Of a stretch of DNA of 48,895 nucleotides, positions 42,764 through 48,895 are shown in pieces (the stretch's first letter is position 1; every line of letters begins with the position of its first letter). The translations under genes were made by a program, and so were the position numbers. Under the pieces are notes generated by a model. It had not been told where the DNA came from. It searched no databases and was given only the letters and a program-made list of their open reading frames with translations. Source of the stretch: Candidatus Dormiibacterota bacterium (GTDB lineage Bacteria; Chloroflexota; Dormibacteria; CF-121); the NCBI GenBank assembly GCA_035602295.1, contig DATNMN010000186.1:1-48895 (forward strand), in the 5' to 3' direction.

Positions 42764-45556
42764 CTAAACGGCTGCGCTGGGACAGAGAAGGCGAAAGTCG
42801 CAGCCCGAGCATTTCATGCGGTCGGGCCTGGCAGGGAAAAGCTCGGCGCGGATTCCCTCCGCCACCTTAAGGATGGTCTGGCGATCGTCGTCGAGCCGAT
42901 CCTGCGGTTTGTCGACGGTCACGCGCTCGCTGGTCTCGAGATAGTAGTACGAGAGGCTGAGCGGGTTGAAGTGAAAAACCTCACGGGCGGCCAGCGCGTA
43001 GACGCCGAGCTGCAGGTCGCGCTGGAGGTCCGCGGCCCGCTTGGCCGAGCCCGTCTTGTAATCGATAACCTCGTAACTACCGTTGGGGTGGCGGTCCACG
43101 CGGTCGATGCGACCGGTGAGCCGCAGCCCGTCGACGCGCAAGCTGAACGGCTGCTCCAACAACAGTGGCTTGCTCAGATCCCCGGCGTCGAACGCCCGCC
43201 GCAGGTAGGTCCGGCCGAGGTCCTGTAAGGAGGGGGCTTGCTCCGGTGCGCAGAAGCGCTCCCTGGCCCAGGCCGCCACGTACGCCGAATCCAGCATCGC
43301 CCAGGTCAGTGGTTTCTCGCGCTCGATACTGCCCAGCGCATCCTTGAGCGCCTCGTGGAGAATGCGCCCGAACTGCATCTGCGGCTTCGGGCGGGTCGGT
43401 AAGCGGAAGACGAACCGATACTGATACATCTGCGGGCAGCGCAGATAGGTATCGACCTGCGTATAGGAGAGCGCCGCGATCGGTGGGGCATCGTTGAGCG
43501 GCAGCTCGACCTGGCGGGCGACTTCGACGAGACCGGCCGGCGGCACCAGGAGGGACATCGCGGCCAGCTCGCGCGACTCCTCGCCGCGGATCGGCGTCAG
43601 GAACCGGGAGGGCCGCCAATCCTTGACGCCCTCGTAGCGGCCGGCGAGGGTGCAGATGAGCTCCTCGCGAGCCCGGGTGATGGCGACGTAGGCGAGGCGG
43701 CGCTCTTCGGCGAGGTGGAGTTCGGCGGCCGGCAGCTCTTCCTTCAAGAGCTCGTCGGGCAGCGTCAGCCCTTCGCTGCGGCGATTGGCGGGAAAGCGGC
43801 CCTCCACCAGGTGGGGGACGATGACGAGGCCGAACTCCAACCCCTTGGCCTGGTGGACAGTCATCAGGTGGACCGCGTTCACGGTCTCGTCGAGCGGCGC
43901 GATCTCCTCGTCCGCCTGCGCCGCTTCGGTGGCATCGAGGTGCTTGAGGTAGGCGGACAGGTGGTGGTCCGCATGCTCGTCGCAGTAAGCGGCGATCAGC
44001 TCGGCCAGCTTTTGCACGTTGGCGCTGACCTGCAGTCGTTCGATTGGTCCCTGGAACCGCTCCAGGTCGAGATAGCGCGTGTGTTCCATCACCTCGTAGA
44101 AGAGGTCGTCCACCCCGAGCCGCAGCGCTTGCGCGGCGAAGTGTCGCAGGTCCGCGCACAGTCGGCGGGCACCATCGTCCTCCGCCTCCAGCAGGAGGTC
44201 GAAGAACCGCCGCCCATCGTCCCTGGCACGCCGCGCCCACCGGCCCGCCTGCACCGCGTCGACGGCGTAACGTGGCAGGCTCAGAAGTCGCATCAGGCAG
44301 ACGGTGTCGTCCGGCCCGTCGATGGCGCGCAAATACGCCAGGCAATCCTTGATCTCCGGCTGCTGGTAGTAACCGCGGCCGCCGCTGACCTGGTACGCGA
44401 CACCGCTGCGCTGCAGCGCTCGCGCAAAATTGTGCAGGTGCGCGTTGGCTCGCAGCAGGACGGCGATGGCATTGGGCCGATGGCGTCCCTCATCGATCGC
44501 CCGCTTGACAAATGCGGCGACCGCATCCGCCTCATCGGTCACGCTGGTGGCGGTCAGCACGTTGACCGGTCTCCCCTCGCCCCTTGTCGGGGTGAGCCGT
44601 TTGGTAAGCCGGTCCGGGTCTTGCGCGATGAGGCGGGCGGCCGCGCGCAGAATCGGGCCGCGGCTCCGGTAGTTCTCCTCCAGGCGGACGACCTTTGCAT
44701 CGGGAAAAACGGTGCGGAAGCGGTCAAGGTTGGCGACCGAGGCTCCTCGGAACTTGTAAATGCTCTGGTCGTCGTCGCCGACCACACAGAGGTTGCGGTC
44801 CGCTCCGGCGAGTAGTTCGAGGAGCCGGCTCTGCGCGAAGTTCGTGTCCTGGAACTCGTCGACCATGACGTGGGCGAACCGCTGCGACTGGCGCGCGGCG
44901 ACCGAGGGCTCCGCCGCGAGAAGTTGCACGGTGAAAAAAATTGTGTCATCGAAGTCAAGGCGATCCTCGGCGAGCATCCGCTGCTGGTATTCCGCGTAGA
45001 CCGCCGCCGCCTCACCCTGGGCAGCGATCACGGGATCGTCGACCCCGGTGTTGGCCGCGGCCCAGGCTCCGAATTCCGCCGGTGTGATCAACTCCTGCTT
45101 GGCGCGTTCCACTAGTTTGAGGAGCTCACCGATCCGTTCGAAGGGCCGCTGGGCATGGAAGAGGTGTGCCGGTCGCTGCGTCAGCAGCACATCGCGCATC
45201 AGCTCCCACTTACGAACTTCGGAGACGATGCGAAATGCCCTCGGAATACCACAGAGCCAGCCGTCTTCCTGTAAGAACCGCTGGGCGAAGGCGTGGTAGG
45301 TGAGAATGAATCGCTCGCCGGCCGGGAGGTAGTCCTCCTGCTCGACCCGGTCGAGCACCTCGCGGGCCGCCTTTTCAGTAAAGGTCAGGAGCAGGATGCG
45401 CTCGGCGGGGACACCCTCCTGGCGAAGCCGCCGGTAGCGCTCGACCAGTACCCTCGTCTTTCCGGTGCCCGCACCGGCCACGATCAGCAACGGTCCTTTC
45501 GTGTGGTCGACCGCGGCGCGCTGGGCGTCGGTGAGGGCCGCGCGGGTGGCGATCAT
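42764..45556 (-). CDS. UvrD/PcrA-type SF1 helicase fused to a C-terminal PD-(D/E)XK (Cas4/AddB-like, 4-Cys) nuclease
   Basis: Helicase motifs AGAGTGKT, VMVDEFQDTN, VVGDDDQSIYKFRGA, LEENYRS, TVHQAKGLEF, AYVAITRAREEL. Nuclease motifs LRCPQMY, GRIDRVD..YEVIDYKTG, QLGVYALA and C-SG-C-DFRLL-C. ATG 45556 (MIATRAALTDAQ...) was chosen, and it overlaps the dciA stop. Confidence 0.85.
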   Translation of the reverse strand: MIATRAALTDAQRAAVDHTKGPLLIVAGAGTGKTRVLVERYRRLRQEGVPAERILLLTFTEKAAREVLDRVEQEDYLPAGERFILTYHAFAQRFLQEDGWLCGIPRAFRIVSEVRKWELMRDVLLTQRPAHLFHAQRPFERIGELLKLVERAKQELITPAEFGAWAAANTGVDDPVIAAQGEAAAVYAEYQQRMLAEDRLDFDDTIFFTVQLLAAEPSVAARQSQRFAHVMVDEFQDTNFAQSRLLELLAGADRNLCVVGDDDQSIYKFRGASVANLDRFRTVFPDAKVVRLEENYRSRGPILRAAARLIAQDPDRLTKRLTPTRGEGRPVNVLTATSVTDEADAVAAFVKRAIDEGRHRPNAIAVLLRANAHLHNFARALQRSGVAYQVSGGRGYYQQPEIKDCLAYLRAIDGPDDTVCLMRLLSLPRYAVDAVQAGRWARRARDDGRRFFDLLLEAEDDGARRLCADLRHFAAQALRLGVDDLFYEVMEHTRYLDLERFQGPIERLQVSANVQKLAELIAAYCDEHADHHLSAYLKHLDATEAAQADEEIAPLDETVNAVHLMTVHQAKGLEFGLVIVPHLVEGRFPANRRSEGLTLPDELLKEELPAAELHLAEERRLAYVAITRAREELICTLAGRYEGVKDWRPSRFLTPIRGEESRELAAMSLLVPPAGLVEVARQVELPLNDAPPIAALSYTQVDTYLRCPQMYQYRFVFRLPTRPKPQMQFGRILHEALKDALGSIEREKPLTWAMLDSAYVAAWARERFCAPEQAPSLQDLGRTYLRRAFDAGDLSKPLLLEQPFSLRVDGLRLTGRIDRVDRHPNGSYEVIDYKTGSAKRAADLQRDLQLGVYALAAREVFHFNPLSLSYYYLETSERVTVDKPQDRLDDDRQTILKVAEGIRAELFPARPDRMKCSGCDFRLLCPSAAV

Positions 45557-45876
45557 CGGAGGAATCGGGCCATGGACGCAGGGGGAGCCCCCGGCCCCTC
45601 CTGTCGGAATCGGATCTCCCGCACGGCGGGGGCGCCGATTCCATGGTTGAGGCGCTCGATCAACATGGTCCGCTCGAGATGGAGTTGATGCGCCAACGCC
45701 GGGCTGCTGGCGGTGACCAGCAGCGTGCCACCGGTCAGCTTGAGCGCACGGCTTTCGCCCGCCAGGTGGGGGCCAATCACCTGCGGCCACAACAAGAGCG
45801 CCTGCGCCTCGCGGGTCCGGCGGGAGATGCCGAGCGACTTGAGCGCGCGTGGCAGCGCCTCGCCAACGCTACGCAT
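45553..45876 (-). CDS. dciA: DUF721 / DciA-family protein (replicative helicase operator)
   Basis: LKSLGISRRTREAQALLLWPQVIGPHLAGESRALKLTGGTLLVTASSPALAHQLHLERTMLIERLN fits the DUF721 pattern. It holds the canonical position after recF. ATG 45876 overlaps the recF stop, and the track's ATG 45939 is the alternative start. Confidence 0.75.
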   Translation of the reverse strand: MRSVGEALPRALKSLGISRRTREAQALLLWPQVIGPHLAGESRALKLTGGTLLVTASSPALAHQLHLERTMLIERLNHGIGAPAVREIRFRQEGPGAPPASMARFLR

Positions 45877-46999
45877 GGATGGCTCCCTGCTCGACGTGGA
45901 AGACCGCGGCGCGCTCGAGGATGCTTTTCGGAAGGTCATTCAGGTCGGCAGCGGTGATCAGTGCCTGCGGCCCGGGCTCCAGCGCTGCCAGCAGGCGCTC
46001 GCGTCGGGCCGGGTCGAGCTCGGACATCACGTCATCGAGCAACAGGACCGGTTGCTCGCCGGTCACCTCCGCCAGGTAGTGCAGCTCGGCGAGCTTCAGG
46101 CTGAGCACCGCACTCCGCTGCTGGCCCTGGCTGGCGAAGAGCCGGGCCTCGTGTTCGTCGAGCCACACCTCGATATCGTCGCGCTGCGGGCCGACAGCTG
46201 TCTGTCCGCGCCCAATCTCTTCGTCGCGCGCCTCGCGCATGGCGACCTTGAGCTGCTCGCTGACGAGCTCTTGGGGCGCCTCGCCGATCCGCACCCCCGC
46301 CGGCCGGTAGCGCAGGTCGAGCCGCTCGCGGTCGTCGCTCAGCTCGCGGTGGAAGGCGGCGGCGATCGGCTGTAGCTCGAGTAAGCGGCGCTGCCGCTCG
46401 ACCATGATGGCCGCCCCGGACTCGGCCAGGGCGTTCGTCCAGTAGTCGAGCCCATCGATTGGCTGGCGGCCCTCGCGAATCGCGCGCAACAGGGCGTTGC
46501 GTTGTTCCAGCAGGTGACCGTAGCGAGTCAACTCCCGCGCATGAGTGGGATCGATCTGCGAGAGCAGGGTGTTGAGAAAGCGGCGACGGCCCTCGCCCGG
46601 TCCTTTGACCAGCTGGAGGTCGTCCGGCCAAAAGAGCACGACGCGCAACGAGCCCATCATGTCCGTCGAGCGCTTGGGCACGCCGTTGACCATGAACCGG
46701 CGGGAGGCTCGTGAGGCCGTGACCCCGGGAGTGACATTGATCCGCACCTCCAGCTCCTTGAGGCCGGCGTCGCTCTGGACGCCGCAGGTCACACGCGCGG
46801 CCGGCTGACCAAAGCGCACCAGTTCCGCCGCCTGCTGCGTGCGCGGCGATCGGGTCAGGGCCGAGAGCGCGACCGCCTCGAGGAGGTTGGTCTTGCCCTG
46901 CGCGTTGCCACCAAAAAAGACGGTGGCCGAACGTTCCAGCGCCAGCTCGAGCTCCGCATAGTTTCGAAAGTCGAAGAGTGAGACGTTAGCCAGGAACAC
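45869..46999 (-). CDS. recF: DNA replication/repair protein RecF
   Basis: FRNY, Walker A GGNAQGKTNLLEAV, signature SQGQQRS, Walker B LLLDDVMSELD. It holds the position after dnaN. Confidence 0.93.
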   Translation of the reverse strand: MFLANVSLFDFRNYAELELALERSATVFFGGNAQGKTNLLEAVALSALTRSPRTQQAAELVRFGQPAARVTCGVQSDAGLKELEVRINVTPGVTASRASRRFMVNGVPKRSTDMMGSLRVVLFWPDDLQLVKGPGEGRRRFLNTLLSQIDPTHARELTRYGHLLEQRNALLRAIREGRQPIDGLDYWTNALAESGAAIMVERQRRLLELQPIAAAFHRELSDDRERLDLRYRPAGVRIGEAPQELVSEQLKVAMREARDEEIGRGQTAVGPQRDDIEVWLDEHEARLFASQGQQRSAVLSLKLAELHYLAEVTGEQPVLLLDDVMSELDPARRERLLAALEPGPQALITAADLNDLPKSILERAAVFHVEQGAIHA

Positions 47000-47017
47000 G
47001 CCGTTTTGGACGACCGA

Positions 47018-48133
47018 TTACATCGCCACTCTGACCGGCATGATGATGTAGAGGTAGTTGTCCTTTCCCACCGGCTTGATCAGGCCGGGATTGAGGGGAC
47101 CGGTGAAGCCGAGCTGCACCTCCTCGCTGCCGATGATGGCGAGCACGTCGAGGAGATACTTGGAGTTGAAGGCAACCTGGAGATCCTGGCCTTCGATCTT
47201 GGCCTCGACCTCGGCGATGTTCTGTCCAACTTCGCTGGTGTTGGCGGTTAGCGTCAACTTGCCGCCCTCCGCCTTGAACTTGATGACGTTGGCGGCATCC
47301 TTGGAGAAGAGCGAGACCATCTTGGTTGTAAAGAGAAGGTCCTGGGTCTTCGCCGTGATGGTGGTCGTGCTTTGCGCCGGAATCACCTGCTGATAGTTGG
47401 GATAGGTGCCTTCGATCAGCCGGCTCATCAGCTCCACGTCCCGGGTTTTGAAGAAGACCTGGTTCTTTTGCGCGCCAACCGTCACTTCGATGCCGTCGTC
47501 ACCCCCCTTCAAGATACGGCTGAGCTCGCTCAGAGCTCGGGCCGGGATGACGATGGTGTCGCCCTCACCGGGATCGGCCTGGACCGCCAGGGTTTTGACC
47601 GCCAGCCGATGGCCGTCGGTCGCGGCGAAGGTCGCCTTGCCACCGTTCAGGTGGACATACACCCCGGTAAGCACCGGCCGTCCTTCATCGCTGGAGGCGG
47701 CGATCACGGTCTGCTCGATCGCATCCTTGAGCTCCGCCGAGTCGACTTTCACCTTGCGGCCTTCAAGGCCCGAGGGTACGGGCGGGAAATCGGCCGGGTC
47801 GATGCCGCGGATGCTGGCGTCGAATCGATTGCTCTTCAGCGCCAGGGACTGGGTCTTCTTGTCGAGCGTCATCGAGAGCGGCTCGTCCGGGTGGGAGGTC
47901 ACAAAGTCCGTCAGCAGTCGTGCCGGGACGGTGATCCCGCCTTCTTCCGCGACCTCGGCGGGGATGACCTGGCGAATCCCGATCTCGAGGTTGGTTGCAG
48001 TCAGCTGCAATCCGGTTTCGGTGGTTTGCAGCAGGACGTTGTTGAGAATCGGCAATGTGGTTCGGGAAGAGACCGCGCGTGAAACGACCTGCAACCCCTG
48101 ACCGAGATTTCCCGCGGTAACCGTGACCTTCAT
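47018..48133 (-). CDS. dnaN: DNA polymerase III beta sliding clamp
   Basis: 371 aa with the N-terminus MKVTV...L..GLQVVSRAVSSRTTLPILNNVLLQ and a three-domain repeat pattern. It lies between dnaA and recF. Confidence 0.95.
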   Translation of the reverse strand: MKVTVTAGNLGQGLQVVSRAVSSRTTLPILNNVLLQTTETGLQLTATNLEIGIRQVIPAEVAEEGGITVPARLLTDFVTSHPDEPLSMTLDKKTQSLALKSNRFDASIRGIDPADFPPVPSGLEGRKVKVDSAELKDAIEQTVIAASSDEGRPVLTGVYVHLNGGKATFAATDGHRLAVKTLAVQADPGEGDTIVIPARALSELSRILKGGDDGIEVTVGAQKNQVFFKTRDVELMSRLIEGTYPNYQQVIPAQSTTTITAKTQDLLFTTKMVSLFSKDAANVIKFKAEGGKLTLTANTSEVGQNIAEVEAKIEGQDLQVAFNSKYLLDVLAIIGSEEVQLGFTGPLNPGLIKPVGKDNYLYIIMPVRVAM

Positions 48134-48346
48134 GATGCTCCTTGTCTACACGACCCCGTTAATGAGAAGGCCTAATTGAAAGAAGAGCCGTAGTCGTAGG
48201 GCGGTGCACAACAGGGAAAAACCCCCTCCACACGTTCGAATCGGCCCAATTATAGGCTTCACAAACTGTGCGCTCCGCGCGACGGTATCCCCAGGTTGCG
48301 ACCATTCCAACAACATCCACGTCCCTTGCGGCAGTCATCCACAGGC
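48134..48346. other. dnaA-dnaN intergenic region; candidate (part of) oriC with degenerate DnaA boxes
   Basis: Visibly lower GC than the flanks (for example TTAATGAGAAGGCCTAATTGAAAGAAGAG). Same-orientation matches to TTATCCACA are TCATCCACA 48335-48343 (8/9), TTGTCTACA 48142-48150 (7/9), CCCTCCACA 48224-48232 (6/9) and ACATCCACG 48313-48321 (6/9). Confidence 0.4.
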
Positions 48347-48895
48347 TCAATGGGAATAAAGAAGCTCGCGGATTTTCCGCAGGTCCGACTGCAGCCGTTG
48401 GTCCTCGCGGGACTCGGTGTTGATTTTTTCGTAGGAGTGAAGCACTGTCGTATGGTCACGTCCTCCGAAGGCCTGGCCGATTGCCGGCAGCGAGGAGGCG
48501 GTTTCCTCACGAATCAAAAACATCGCCACCTGTCGCGGGAAGACGATGTGCTTGTCGCGACGCTTGCCCTTCATCTCCTCCAGGCTGATGTGATAAAAGT
48601 TGGCGACCGCGCGCGAGATCGCATCAATGGTGAGGGTCCGCGTGTCGGCGGACGGGATGACGTCCTGCAACAACTTCGCGGCCATGTCGACGTTGACCGC
48701 GCTGCGGTTCAGCGAGGCATGCGCGATCACCCGGATCAACGCTCCCTCCAACTCACGAATGTTCTTTTGAATCTTGTGGGCGATGAAGGAGAGCACGTCC
48801 TCCGGCACCAGCTTCGCATAGGGTCCAACCTTTGACTTGAGGATGGCGACCCGGGTCTCGAAGTCGGCCGCCTGGATATCAGCGATCAACCCCCA
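48347..48895 (-). CDS. dnaA: Chromosomal replication initiator DnaA, C-terminal part (5' end beyond the window)
   Basis: The end of domain III (DFETRVAILKSK, IRELEGAL) and domain IV (RRDKHIVFPRQVAMFLIREETASSLPAIGQAFGGRDHTTVLHSYEKI). The frame is open to the window edge. Confidence 0.93.
   Translation of the reverse strand, partial: WGLIADIQAADFETRVAILKSKVGPYAKLVPEDVLSFIAHKIQKNIRELEGALIRVIAHASLNRSAVNVDMAAKLLQDVIPSADTRTLTIDAISRAVANFYHISLEEMKGKRRDKHIVFPRQVAMFLIREETASSLPAIGQAFGGRDHTTVLHSYEKINTESREDQRLQSDLRKIRELLYSH

Noticed and set aside
43077-44345. 422-aa alternative-frame minus-strand ORF inside the helicase gene
   Set aside because: It is on the same strand but out of frame with a protein that shows all SF1 helicase motifs. 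The translation is Arg/Pro/Gly-rich. The same reasoning rejects the plus-strand ORFs at 36012..36968, 37365..38435, 9957..10988 and 12089..12871.
45557-45790. N-terminal extension of the helicase ORF (MAAGDWPPPGG...)
   Set aside because: It overlaps the DciA coding sequence in another frame and has a low-complexity Pro/Gly/Arg composition. The helicase family N-terminus begins at MIATRAALTDAQ (ATG 45556).
1-48895. Searched for CRISPR repeats, IS inverted repeats, transposase, integrase, phage, toxin-antitoxin and reverse-transcriptase genes, and for a global TGA reassignment
   Set aside because: None was recognised by eye. TGA terminates several confident genes here, so the TGA at 123-125 is not explained by an alternative genetic code. 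Long-range nucleotide repeats cannot be excluded without a computational self-comparison (dot plot).

Overview
GC-rich (roughly two-thirds G+C by eye) bacterial chromosomal segment. It ends in the origin-proximal gene set dnaA (partial)-dnaN-recF-dciA on the minus strand. I call about 50 tightly packed protein-coding genes, many with 1-8 nt start/stop overlaps that imply operons. I recognised no rRNA, tRNA, CRISPR array, transposase, integrase or phage gene, so this reads as core chromosome rather than a mobile island. Many long ORFs in the six-frame track are antisense or shadow frames typical of high-GC DNA and were rejected. Gene content from left to right: (1) a redox operon of ECF sigma, Rieske-domain membrane protein, COG4315 lipoprotein and an AhpD-like gene, divergent from trxB; (2) GT39 glycosyltransferase, zinc-ribbon ORF, cysteine desulfurase, DUF2203; (3) an RDD / SpoIIM-like / DUF58 / MoxR / DUF4350 / DUF4129 neighbourhood that also holds a second ECF sigma and two large tandem paralogues (TM helix, 2x Ig-like, beta-propeller-like); (4) FmdB zinc ribbon, rsmG, SH3 protein, methyltransferase; (5) two decayed genes, VOC, AraC; (6) murE, folP-folK-GT4, NUDIX; (7) a femAB-femAB-histidine kinase-response regulator operon; (8) a DUF4388-repeat protein and a third Ig-like/TolB-like lipoprotein; (9) tetR-mmpL-MFS; (10) MshA-like GT4, RCK potassium-channel-like gene, MGDG-synthase-like GT; (11) a UvrD-type helicase fused to a Cas4/AddB-like Fe-S nuclease, coupled to dciA-recF-dnaN. 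Most notable observations: an in-frame TGA exactly at the second Cys of the AhpD CxxC motif, with a SECIS-like hairpin (candidate selenoprotein); a possible Rieske-type anti-sigma factor; the sigma/anti-sigma-like insertion in the MoxR cluster; two FemAB genes co-transcribed with a two-component system; and several decayed or oddly initiated genes. All family assignments come from motif recognition by eye, not from database searches.
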